Source: Raja brachyura
Taxonomy: Eukaryota
Assembly: GCA_963514005.1 (NCBI GenBank)
Contig: OY740802.1
Coordinates: forward strand, 18,166,001 to 18,230,000
Reading direction: 5' to 3'
Length of the DNA stretch: 64,000 nucleotides
The stretch's first letter is position 1. The number at the start of each line of letters is the position of its first letter. The position numbers and the translations under genes are program-made. The notes below the pieces were generated by a model, which was not told the DNA's origin, searched no databases, and worked only from the letters and a program-made list of their open reading frames with translations. Positions 52,231 to 64,000 of the stretch are shown piece after piece.

Positions 52231-53190
52231 GTGGACAGACTACAAAAAAAAGTCATTATTTGACAACCACTTGCCACTCCAAGATGCAAGACTGTAAATT
52301 CACGGGCAGGTTATTACAAAAGTAACTGCAAAATCAGAAAATACTAGGTGCGAGATTTTATACTGTTTGTGAATACGTTTGTATTTAATCACACTTCAAA
52401 CAAACTAGTCTGGGTAGAGACAAGAATCCTAACATAGGCCTTTGACTCTATTGATGTCTGAAATATAAAAAATGAATGCATATTGCCATCTTTTAATAGC
52501 ATTTGATCTATCAGAATTAACATCTGAAGCCCCATATATTCCAGAGGCTACTAATGGTGTAATATCTTTGGACAAGCCATGAAATAGTCTAGCCATAGTC
52601 TTGCAATACTGTTATCTGGAACTGGAACTCAGATACAAGCAATAAGTGCACCTGACACTGAATCCAATTCAGGAGATTAATCATGAGCAGCACAAGAAAC
52701 AAAAACACTGAAAAAAGTTAGAGACTGGAAAACATGGCACTGATGTGCTCTTATTTTTGGTAGATTTCCTGTAATCATTTCATGCGGTTCAGAGGGAACT
52801 TGGAGAACAGTACACCACATGAAACGTAATATTATGACCGAGAAACTTCAACAACATTGTAGAGAAATTTATTTTGATACATCAACACAAGCAATTATCA
52901 GGTGGAGACTCAGTGAGTGGCTCGTTAAAAAAATTGCCAATGATTCTGAGCTGTGAACATTATCCGGCGAGGACAAAATGTTTATCGAGAAGCGTGCAGA
53001 TTGATCAACAACTTTGAAGGAGCAGTCCCTGTGAAGCAAACAACCGTGGGTGTGAATTACCAAAAGCTACCAAAGCGGCACTAAGCGACTTTACTGAACA
53101 CGACAAATGAACATGAAAGAGAGAATGCACAGATGATGCGGGCAATAATAAATAGAGCAGAGGCTCGAGATTGTAATGGAAAACGGTCAA

Positions 53191-53506
53191 GGGTCGGCAT
53201 GGTAGCGCAGCAGTGGAGCTTCTGCCTTACAGCCCAGAGATCCAGGTTCGATCCTGATCATGGTTGCTTGTCTGTATGGAGATTGGACGTTCTCCCCGTG
53301 ACCTGTGTGGGTTTTCTCTGAGATCTTCGGTTTTCTCCGACACTCCAAAGACATACAGGTTTGAGGGTTAATTGGCTTGGTATAAATGTTAAAAAATTGT
53401 CCCCAGTGTGTGTCAGATAGTGTTAACATGCGGGGGATCGCTGGTTGGTGCGGACTCAGTGGGCCGAAGATCCTCTTTCCGCACTGTGTCTCTAAACTAA
53501 ACTAAA
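53191..53506 (+). mobile_element. Full-length HE1-like tRNA-derived V-SINE
   Basis: A box TAGCGCAGCAG, B box GGTTCGATCC, V-domain, and CR1-derived tail ending ctaaactaaactaaa. Confidence 0.85.
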
Positions 53507-54839
53507 TGTGTTAAACTGCTAGAAGGCACACAGATGTTGACCACAAAATGGCAAAGCTTGACTTAAGTGTACTATGTATTCTGGCTAGCAGCAGCGACAT
53601 AAAGAGGAACGCCAGCACGGTCAACTTCCATGAACGATCAACTTCCATGGAATTACTCTTAAACTTTCACTATCTTCACATTTTCATTTAATTAGGTCAA
53701 ATAAGATTTTTTTTCCTATTTTGGGTATATTTTATCCCAGGTTTTTTTTTTTAAATTACAGGACAATATTCTGGAACATTTTAAAAAGACATTACGTGAC
53801 TGCCAGATTTCAGAGATAGGCTAAAGGATTAGTGATATTTAAATGCATAGTCATAGAATGTTATTTGATGTTAAACAGCTTTGCTGTTTGAGGAGAGATT
53901 ATCGCAGCATGTTTGTAAAGGATCGTTGTTGAGGGGCAATAAATAGCCATGCAAGAATACTACACTGCACATGGTGTTTCATTTTAATGTGCATTGTGAA
54001 TGGAAATCAGAAACATGCAATCCATGTTTCAATTTCATGCCTGAGAATGTTGAACTTAAAGTCTTGGTCAAGTGGGTCAGGCAGCAACACAGGAGAACAT
54101 GGATAAGTGATGTTTCGAGACATGTTCTCCTGAGATGCTGCCTGACCTGGAGAGCTACTCCAGCACTCAGTGTCTTCACCGGAGAACATGTTCTGAAACG
54201 TCACCTATCCATGTTGACCTGCGATGCTGCCTGACCCACTGCGTTACTCCAGAAATCTGTGTCTTTAATATTTATCCCTATGCATCGGTTGCCCTGGTGC
54301 TCCTTTGTAATAGAAACTGTAACGTTTGCGAGGTACAAATAAAGAAGTCAAGGGGCAATGCTCCAGCCATGTACATTATTAAAGGAGGGAGTAAATGTTT
54401 AAGAGATGTCAATTAAGTAGGCTGCTTTGTTCTGGATGCCGTTGAGACTCGAGTTTCACTGTAGTTGCACTTGTTCAAGATAAGATTATTCCACTACTCT
54501 TCAGAACAACTTTAGGATGTCAGGAAATGAATTACTCTCCACAGAATGTCCCATCTTTTGAACTGCCTTGAAGCCAGGGTATCTGTGGCCGATTCAACTG
54601 TCAGTAATGATCTTTAGGATGTTGATTGTAGCTATTTTGATGCCGTTGAATGTCAAGAACAGAAGAACATAGTAAAGATGGATTTGATGTATAGCTATGA
54701 AGATAGCTATCACTAGGCATTTGTGTTAAACTATTGTGATTTACCATCTATCTGCCTAAATCTGAATGAAACAATATTACAGGGAGAAATTGTTTGATTC
54801 ATTGCCCGAGGTCCATTATTTGGTATTGCGCATGATGTA

Positions 54840-55860
54840 GTCATTATGGACATCTTCCGCATCAGCTTGTCCTATATACCGCCAATGAAATTCGTACTTG
54901 CTACAGCTTAATAGGTCTGTAAATACAACAATAACAACCGATAATAAGTACAACACAGATAATCATATCGATCTTTGATGGTGGGGAGGTCAGTACTTGT
55001 GATGGGACTGGCAGTGTCCACCATTCTCTGTAGTTTCCTTCATTGCTGGCCGTTCTAGATGCCAAACCAGGCTGTAATGCAACCAGTCAGTATGCTCGCT
55101 ATCCGACACCTCTAGATGTTTTAATAGAGTATTCATCAACATGCCAGATCTCCTCAATCTTCTTAGGAAGTAGAGGTGTTAATGAGCTTTATTTGTGATT
55201 GCATTGATGTACAGGCCCCAGGACAGATGTTGAGAGATATGCAAACGCAGGAAATTGAAGATGTTGACTCTCTCCTTTGCCATCCCATTGATGAAGGTAG
55301 GAAAGTAGATCACTGGATTTCCCCTCCTGAAGTCACTCAGCTCCTTGGTCTTGCTAATGTTGAGAGAATTATTATTGTTCGGGCACTATTCAATCATGTT
55401 ATCATTCTCCCTCCTGTACTCTGATTCATTGTCACTTATTATCATCGGTGAAATTAAAGATGGTGTTTGAGCTGTCGGGCTACACAGTCGTGGGTACGGA
55501 GAGAGTAGAACAGGGGACTGAGCACTGAGTCTTGAGGTGCTCCTGTGTTGATGGTTATCAAGAAGGAAGTGTTGTTGCTAATTTGTATTGATTGTGGTTT
55601 GCTGATGAGGATGTCAAGTAACAATTACATAGGAATGAGCAGGGACACAGTTCTCTGAGTTTGAGAAGTTTGGAGAGGATGATGGTGTGGTCAATGTACA
55701 TTTTTTTTTCCAAAAGTGGTCCAGGGCAGAGTGGAGAGTTAGTGTGCTCCCATCTCCCGTTGATCTATTGTGGCGAAAGGCGATTGAACTGGATCCGGGT
55801 CCTTACTAAGGCAGGTGATACGTGTCATAACTGACCTCTCAAAATACCTCATCACAAGGG
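54840..55860 (-). mobile_element. Old Rex1/Babar-like LINE fragment
   Basis: Minus-strand remnants of NTGAPQ..VLSPLFYSL and LRRLRR.GM...TL, plus a Rex-type tail. Confidence 0.65.
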
Positions 55861-56217
55861 ATGCATGGGAAGAATAAATTATGAATCATATAGAATGCTT
55901 AAGGGCTTGGCAAAATGGATGCCATTTATCATGATAAGGGCTCCCAGAATCAGGGATCATGTTGTATAATAGGGGCCTGCAATTTGGGACAAAGGTCAGG
56001 CATTTTTCAACCAAGTGTGCAATGGATGCTCAGTCACCAAGTTCAAGAAACAGAACAGTACATTTTTAGATATTAAAAGGAATTGAGAATTACATGGCAT
56101 AGTGCAGCATGTAGCATACAGTCAATGATTTGCTATGATCTTATTGAGTGATAGAGCTGGCACAAGATGCCTACTTTCACTCCCACTCATGATGTCCCAC
56201 TCCCACATCATGACTCA

Positions 56218-56315
56218 TGATGGTCTGAAGAAGGGTCTCAACCCGAAAGGTCGCCTATCTCCTTCGTTCCTTAGATGCTGCTGCACCCGCTGAGTTTCTC
56301 CAGCCTTATGTGTAC
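56218..56315 (+). ncRNA. Minimal type-I hammerhead ribozyme motif in a Penelope-derived repeat
   Basis: gatggt-CTGAAGA-agggt ctca accc-GAAA-ggTC-gcctatc, with helix I and helix II pairing. Activity untested. Confidence 0.5.
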
Positions 56316-57367
56316 CCATGATGTTCTTATGTTCATATGAAAGTGCTCCAACAGCAATACTTAGGGCCGTGATCAAAGTTGCAACGACTACGGGCATCTT
56401 CATTTGCACTGGATATTACTCTGGAGAGTCTTTCAATCAGTTGGTAAAGATTTCATTTTAGTCAGCCCCCTTGGCACTGCACTTGGTTAAACCTTGCAAG
56501 CAATCACTCAACTCACCTCTAACCACATGAGGGCAGCTAAAGGCAAATTACATTCCCAGGCTGTAAGAATAACAGTTTTCCATCTGTAAAGGTAAGCAGT
56601 GATGGAATTGTAACAATAGCTTTGTAGCTTTGTGGTCAATGTTATTGATACTGGCATTGTATTCTAGATTTATTTAATTAGCTGAATGTACATTCTCTAA
56701 CTGCCTTGGTGGGATTGTAATTCGTGCTTCAAGGTTTCTTTGGATTGTCAAAAATTAAAAAAGCAGCTAATTCCCCAAATATTCATCACATCAGGCAGCA
56801 ATCGTTGAGAGAAGAGTTACCTTCCACAGAAAGGCTGAGGGTTCTGATGAAAGGTCATCAACTTATATCTGTTTCTCGCTCTAATGGAAGCTTAGGTTTT
56901 CCTGCATCTTTCATTTTTTTATTTCAGGTTTTCCCCGATATCCACATTATTTTACCTTGGGATTACTCATCCAGTAACATGGCGTGGTAGCCAAGGGCAG
57001 AAATGAGTGGAATAAACATACAAATACACAAATATTCTGCATCTTAAACAGAGATCAAGTGCAACTTGGGGATGATAAATATGGCAACGTGACAAGCATC
57101 TAGATTAATTCATTAATTATTTTGGTTTGCTTGATCATAACACTAATGTTGACACGTCTTCAGTACTTCAAACCCACACAACCGCTACATGCTGCCAGCT
57201 CTACAGTTCTCTACAACTTAATGCTTCTCAATTCCATTCTTTAGAAATCATAACAATCACTGAGACAACAATATAATCAAGGTCAACTACTTTGCTCAGC
57301 ATCATATGGTCAGTTACAGTATATATTCATTTTTATGTTCGTCCTTTATTTTGAATTGTGGAAGCCA

Positions 57368-57733
57368 GCTATTTGTGCGGGTCTGGTCCTGACATTCTTG
57401 CAGTGGCCGAAATCTTCGCGTTCCAATGGCCTGTCGGCACGCAGGCGCATTGCAGTCATACACAGCGTCTTGACAGCAAACGCAGCGTCTTGATGGCGTA
57501 CGCCTAGCACATGGCGTTGCATGATGACATCACTGCCCGGCGTGACGTCGCACGATGACGTCACCGCCCGACGCCATGCGACGCCCAAATTCAGTCGGCC
57601 CGCCTCCTGCCCAGCAAATTGGTAAGCATGATGCAAATGACGCCACGTGCGAACTTAGCGCGAACTTCATGTGAAGTCAGCTTCCGTTTGGTCGCACCAA
57701 ACACACGCAATTGCATGCCGGTGGGGCATGCCC
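57368..57733. mobile_element. Harbinger-type MITE remnant (only the right end recognisable)
   Basis: CpG-rich gcgtca/tgacgc internal repeats, ending gtggggcatgccct-tta. Confidence 0.5.
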
Positions 57734-58794
57734 TTTATCCACGCAATGCATCATCCAAGACATTTAAATTTCTCATTGTTCAATATTGTCAAAGCAAATT
57801 CTCACTCTGTTGCACCCTAATTCTTTGCTTAATTCAAAATTTAATAATATGCTAAGATCAGAAAGGCATCCCAAGGCAGTTTACTATTTTTACATGGAGT
57901 GAACTTGCACAAATGCTAAGTTTCCACTATTTGTTCAACCTTTACATGAACAGAATGAATCTAATCAGTGCTTAATACAATTATCTGAACAGAAACTATA
58001 TCGCACATTACAAAATTTAAACAAGCTTTTTTTTTTAAATGAGCTATTGACATCGATTTGGAAAGTCTTGGTAGATTAATGCTTTCTCCACGATAAAAAT
58101 ATGATAATGCCATTTTTATTTGCTGTTGTTTTACCATGCAATGTTGATTCCTACAGCCACATAATTTCTAGTACTTCAAATACGTCTTGGTTCATTGCTT
58201 TGCCATTGAAAAATCTTTCTCCCACACACATACACCATCCATTGGCCAACTCGTCTACTCTTATGTTAATTAATCTTCTTCATTAATAATTCAGTCCAGC
58301 ACAGATTTTAAGTTCAGATTTTCAATTTAGATTGTATAATACAGAATAAGTTGGTCATTCTTTGCTATTTCGAGAGAGGCAGTCGAGAATGTTATTGGTG
58401 AACTCCCCGCCATCAAGGTCAAGAGGGTAAAATTAGAGGAAGAAAATAGTCAAAATATTTTAAAATTTCATCACAATTTTCTTGCCTATTTAATTAAAAC
58501 TTCCCCACCCACTGTATTCCACCTTCAACAAATTAGCTTTCCCATTTCTCTTCAAATTATAATAAATCAAGAAAGCATTATTACATCTCATTTTGAGAAT
58601 TAGATATTATTACTTTTATTGGCAACTTTTTCTCCTGACTCGTTATTTTTAGAAATCCACATCCCCATCTTCATCCCTTCCCTTACATCAAACTGCCTTA
58701 ACAATCATCTTTGCTTCTACAACCTCTGCCCTAACCAATGCATCCCTTCTCCAACTGCCCCACCAGATTGCAAAGTCTTTATAGATTATTAAGA

Positions 58795-59822
58795 TATTGT
58801 AGCAGAATTAGGCCATTTGGCCCATTAAGTCTCCTCTGCTATTCAATCATGGTTGTTCTATCTTTTCCTCTCAACCCCATTCTCCAGCCTTCACCCCACA
58901 ACCTTTAATAGCCTTACATATAAGAACCTACAATCTCCGCATTAAAAATACCAAAAGACGACCTATGCAGGGGTCTGTGTTAATGAATTCCACAGATTCA
59001 ACACCCTCTCGCTAAAGAAATGTTTATTCTGGCACAGTGCCCTCTGATTCTAGACTGTCCTACTAGTGGAAACACCCTCACAAAAAATCCACTCTATCCA
59101 GGACTATCATTATGCAGCAAGTTTCAATGAGATTCCCCCTCACTCCTCTATACTGCAGCAAGTACAGTCCCTGAACCATCAAACACACATCGTACATTAA
59201 CCCAATCATCCCTTGGATCGTTCTCGTAAGACTCCTCTGGACTTGTTCTAATGTTACCACATCCCTCCTCGGATAGGAGGCCCAAAATTGCTCACAATAC
59301 TCCAAATGCAGTCTGACCAATGCCTTATAAGGCCTCAGCATTAGATCCTTGCTTTTATATCCGTCCTCTTGAAATTAATGCAAACATTACATTTGCCTTC
59401 CTCAGCCGATAACTTGCACGATACTGACATGTGTCCACTTCACCACCATCTCAAAAAAATAACAGTACGAACAATATTTAATCACAGAAATAATAACAGC
59501 TGGGAACTGTTTTACTCACCGTACAATTAAAAAAAACATAAACTAGGAATTATTTAGTAAATTATGCAATACTACACTTACTGAAGTTCTGAGCAACTTT
59601 TTAATTCAGAAGAATAACCTGATGAGTGGAAAATTCGTTGACTGAATGGATCACCATTTCTTGAGCTATGAACTGATCTAAGAGACTTGGATAATTTAAT
59701 TGCAATTCTTGTGCAGAACTCTGTCCCCAATTCGATCTGCATAGTCCTTTTGCACCTTTGATTTCTGAATCCTTTGCCCATGTATTCCTACTACCAAAGT
59801 GCCTGATTGCACATTTTACTAA
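58795..59822 (-). mobile_element. CR1 LINE 3' fragment interrupted by the duplicated formin exon
   Basis: YKALVR.HLEYCEQFW at 59078-59341. KC...HFGSRN resumes at 59740-59822. Confidence 0.8.
59403..59738 (-). pseudogene. Duplicated pseudo-exon: copy of about 60688-60978 (formin exon plus downstream intron) with an in-frame TAA
   Basis: Near-identical direct repeat. CAA changed to TAA at 59601-59603. Donor gtaagt retained; original acceptor absent. Confidence 0.9.
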
Positions 59823-60261
59823 GGTGTGGGTAATCACCGTGAGGGGGGAGGGGAAGAACAATGGAAGACCCGGTGTGTGGGGACTGCTGTGAGGGAGGTG
59901 GGGGGAGAACAAATGACAATGGGGACTCGACGTGGGGGAGCCAGTGTGCTTTGTAACTTTGTCAGCACCGTAGGTGGCTGCTATTTGTATATATTGTGTA
60001 TGCAAACAAAGAGTTTCAATGTGTATAGTCACATGTAGACATGAAAGTATTCCTATTCCTTCCCTGCAACTTCTTTGCCCACTCTCCTAACTTCAGCCAC
60101 CTTGGTCCTATTTGCAGCTAATCCCACTAACCGAGTTATCTCTTCAAAATAGCTTATGCCATAAAAGAGTTACATAAAAGTAAATAATTTGGTAAGACAT
60201 AAAGCAACATGAAGCAATCTCTGAATAAATCAGCAAGGTATTTGGTTCAATGGTCTCATTG

Positions 60262-60672
60262 GCCTAAACGGGCTTGCCCCCACCTACATCAAAAGTCTGC
60301 TTACCCACCACACCATCTCCAGGTCCCTGAGATCGGCCGACTTGGGGTTGCTGAACATCCCGCGGTCTAGGCAAAAGCTCAGGGGCGACCGCGCCTTTGC
60401 GGTTGCAGCTCCTAGACTGTGGAACAGCATCCCTCTTCCCATCAGAACTGCCCACTCCATCGACTCTTTTTAGTTGAGACTTAAAACTCATCTTTACTCT
60501 CAAGCCTTTCTCGACGTCCTCTGAGGGAGGGCTATATGTATGTATTTATGTATGTACTTAATCTATGAACCACTGTTGTATAACGTTAGTACCTCCACCA
60601 ATGTAAAGCACTTTGGTCAACGAGAGTTGTTTTTTAAATGAGCTATAGAAATGAAAGTGACTTGACTTGACT
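60262..60672 (+). mobile_element. L2 LINE 3' fragment, same family as 28460-29146
   Basis: GLAPTYIKSLL...GDRAFAVAAPRLWNSIP, with the same tail and (TGACT)n. Confidence 0.9.
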
Positions 60673-60820
60673 AAAATGCAAAACAGGCAGCTGATAACTT
60701 GCACGATACTGACATGTGTTCACTTCACCACCATCTCAAAAAAACTGTTTTACTCACCGTACAATTTAAAAAAAACATAAACTAGGAATTATTTAGTAAA
60801 TTATGCAATACTACACTTAC

Positions 60821-60983
60821 TGAAGTTCTGAGCAACTTTTTGATTCAGAAGAATAACCTGATGAGTGGAAAAGTCGTTGACTGAATGGATCACCATTTCT
60901 TGAGCAGCGAACTGATCTAAGAGACTTGGATAATTTAATTGCAATTCTTGTGCAGAACTCTGTCTCCAAATAGATCTTGATAT
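60821..60983 (-). CDS. Formin FH2-domain gene, first exon visible in window (lasso/linker region): ISRSIWRQSSAQELQLNYPSLLDQFAAQEMVIHSVNDFSTHQVILLNQKVAQNF
   Basis: Acceptor ccttttatttcag, donor A|gtaagt. 163 nt, phase 0 to 1. The SIW, L..F and LLN.K.AQN motifs match the FH2 N-terminus. Joins in frame to 49590. Confidence 0.88.
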
Positions 60984-62491
60984 CTGAAATAAAAGGAAAA
61001 TAATTATCTGGACAGTGATAATAACCAAGTTCCATTTGGTCCACAAGAAAAGCAGAACATCTTCTCTCCGTGGATGCTGCCTATCCAGCTGAGCATCTCC
61101 AGCGTTCTGTTTTTCACCACTTGGTTACTATCTGCACACTCTTTAGCCTTGGTTACTATCTCCAAGCCTTCTCTCTCATCTGCCAACCAACCTCTTGACT
61201 TGGATCCACTTGCCAATCTTGCCTTAGCCTTTCCCCTCACCGCGTTCTATCCGCTATCTCCCTTCTACTCCCTCAATCTGATGAAAGGTCCCAACCCAAG
61301 ACATCATATCTATTTCCTTCCACGAATGCTGCCTGGCCTGCTAAATTACTACAGCAGTTTTCTTTTCCCCTGATTTTCTTTGTTCATTTACTTTGGTCAA
61401 CGAGAGTTGTTTTTTTAAATGTGTTTATTTTTTAAATGTGTATGTTTTTCCGTCACTTTTGCTCATTTTCTGCTATCACCTCAAACACATCTTGTAAATG
61501 TCTCTTTGTACATGGTGCGATATACATATCCATGCATTTGTACCAAACACAGCTGCTATATTTCACAGACAATATTAATTGTACATCTTGTACAGAAACA
61601 TAATTCTAAAAAGCTGTGATGTAAGTGTCTTTGAAACAGGAAATACTCGTCTGACATTAGCAATGTCATGGTACACATCTCAGTATGTTGATTCTTTACA
61701 AAGTTCAGTCATACGCCTTTTAACATTACCTCAAATTTGTGAGTCCCACAGCCAGATGATATCACTCGGATTATTGCCAATATCTTGTGAAGTTACATCC
61801 ACCCAACCCATGCAGCTGGCTACACACCCTGCTATTATTTTAATGGCTTACAGGAAAGGCATACCTTCAATAACTGCAGCTCAACAAGAGAAACAAATAT
61901 TCCCACATGCAATCTCTCACTAGGTTCATGTACCTTTCTTATATTCACTATTGAAATAAATAAATGTAAGCTCAGATGTTTGAAACATTTGACTGCTGCT
62001 GAGCAGGTAGTGTTTGATCTGGAAATATCAATGAAGTAAAAAAAAGTCACGACTTCCTTAAAATACTGCATTATCAATATTGTGATAAACAATGTGTTAT
62101 AACTTGCAGGCAGTCAATAATGCCTACAACACTCGACACAGCGCATTTACATGTATAACATGTGGGTCACATAGACAATCAAGTTCAGTAAATCTGACAA
62201 CCTTAAAACTTCTGCTATTTGAAAAATGACAACCTAGTTCAATTCTAAATGCAAGCATCCAGCTACAAGATTTATTAAAAACTATTTGAATAAAATTCTT
62301 CTGTTGCATAATATCAGCCATCATTAATTATTTCATTCCGCCGATAAATGATATATTAGTAGACTTACCTTTGTGATATGCGTAATGGCATGGTTTATAC
62401 AAATGGATTTCTGATTTTTTTAACATCCAGCTTACATATGCAATATCAATTTTTATTGGTTATTTACTGCACAAGATCAAAAGGATGCTTA

Positions 62492-62729
62492 AAGCCCTGT
62501 CCCACGCTATGAGTTCATTCCAAGAGCTCTCCCGAGTTTGCCCTGATTCGAACTCGGAGATTTACGGTAATGGCCACTCGTCGGTACTCAGGGCTCTCGT
62601 GGACGAGCCGGTAAGAGACGTCCCCGAGATCCGACGTACCCACTACGTTCATTCTCCGTGCTTACGTGTTTGATTTTGTTTAAACTCGGGAGAGCTCTTG
62701 AAATGAACTTGTACCGTGGGACAGGGCTA
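62492..62729. mobile_element. PIF/Harbinger-type MITE
   Basis: About 45-bp TIR AAGCCCTGTCCCACG...AAGAGCTCTCCCGAGTTT, TTA TSD. Confidence 0.82.
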
Positions 62730-63007
62730 TTACATTTATCCATGATTTTGGGAGAATAAATAGGCATATATAAGCCACTAACCAATACAAACAAAAATGT
62801 CTGTTTATTTCATGGTGTGGGGTAAATGATGGAAGTAAGTGGTGTCTATTTGGGCAGCACATTGGCATTGCAGGTGACGTTTCACAGTTCCAACAAGCTG
62901 GGTTTAACACTGACTTCCCAAGCCCAGTGTGTGGAGTTTGCATCCTTTCTGCCAACATGTGGGATGCCCCTGTGCTCTCCAATTTCCTACCATATCTCAA
63001 AGTCATG

Positions 63008-63200
63008 TTTAGGAAGGAACTGCAGATGCTGGTTTAAACCAAAGATAGACATAAAAAGCTGGAGTAACCCAGCGGGACAGGCAGCATCTCTGGAGAGGGG
63101 AATAGGTCTGAAGAAGGGACTCGACCTGAAATGTCACCCATTCCTTCTCCCCAGAGATGCTGCCTGTCCCACTGAGTTCCTCCAGCTTTTCGTGTTTACC
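63008..63200 (+). ncRNA. Penelope-derived palindrome with an intact hammerhead core (63108-63135)
   Basis: gaataggt-CTGAAGA-agg gactcga cct-GAAA-tGTC-acccattc. The flanking arms are complementary. Confidence 0.55.
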
Positions 63201-64000
63201 CAAGTCATGTTAGTCCGTAAGTTGCTTGGCTACTGAAAAATTATCTTTGTGGAAGGTACATGGGTGGTTGGAAAACAGGAAAAATACATTTTCCAAGAAC
63301 TGCCTGGGCCAAAATAGAATAATTGTGCTAAATGGCATCCTATATCTTAATCCATCTTCATTTACCCATTCACTATTAATATTCTGAGGCAGGTCAATAG
63401 TTCTTCAGATATATTCAAATGATGCTCAAATGCTCTGTATCCAATGCCCCCCAGTAATCAGTTGTTATTTTATACAAAGTCAAAAATGTTTCAGTGTGTG
63501 CATTTTTAAAACATTTTCAGAACTGTGATGAGAATCTGAATACATTTATTTTAGCAGCTTATTCTTTTAAATACAGTTTGATTTCTGCCTCTTACCAGAC
63601 CTCCCACCTACACCCCCATCTCCAAAATAACTTTAAAAACATAAGAAGAAATTTAAATTGCTGGAGAAATGTTTCATTTGTGGTGTTGGCTGCACAACGA
63701 CACAGCTGTTAGTGCAGCTACTTCACAGCTCAAAGTACCTGGTTTCGACCCTGGCCTTGGATGCCGTCTCTGCAGTCTTTGCACATTGTGTGACTGTGGA
63801 TTGTCCCCCTTCCTCCCACATCCCAAGGAAATGTCAATAGGTCACTGGAAATTGCTCCCCAACATAAGTTAATGGCAAAACAAAAATCTAAGGAGTTCAT
63901 GGGTATGAGTGAGGTTAAGTTGCAAGGATACAGTGAAATATAGAGGGGGGAGTGGGGGGGTGGGGGGTGGGGGGTAGGATTGCTTAAATTGCTTTCTGGC

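Noticed and set aside
53191-53270. tRNA gene
   Set aside because: The A and B boxes belong to a SINE head followed by a V-domain and LINE tail. There is no full cloverleaf or terminator.
62330-62430. Strong minus-strand donor AAG|gtaagt near 62370 as an upstream formin exon
   Set aside because: The phase-0 translation (ICINHAITHITK) lacks the expected FH2 lasso Trp motif and there is no good acceptor.

Overview
Eukaryotic, repeat-rich vertebrate DNA. The repeat content (HE1-type tRNA/V-SINEs, CR1, L2, Rex1/Babar, RTE, Penelope-derived palindromes, DIRS) suggests a cartilaginous fish, probably a skate or ray; this is an inference. Nearly the whole window lies inside one minus-strand host gene that the ORF track mostly misses. 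I reconstructed seven GT-AG exons with matching phases: 60821-60983, 49479-49590, 36818-36908, 31727-31813, 11352-11504, 3255-3384 and 2773-2805. They encode about 256 aa of a divergent formin FH2 domain, possibly of the PH-domain-containing (PHCF) subtype. The introns hold two near-full-length, decayed DIRS tyrosine-recombinase retrotransposons with recognisable ITR/ICR ends, several LINEs, PIF/Harbinger-type MITEs and a hAT-like fold-back element. They also hold hammerhead-bearing Penelope-derived repeats, a family of GC-rich non-autonomous retroposons with a conserved hairpin and swapped 3' tails, a duplicated pseudo-exon, and candidate conserved non-coding elements. Most short ORFs in the track are spurious. 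Repeat boundaries are approximate unless a TSD or TIR is quoted.
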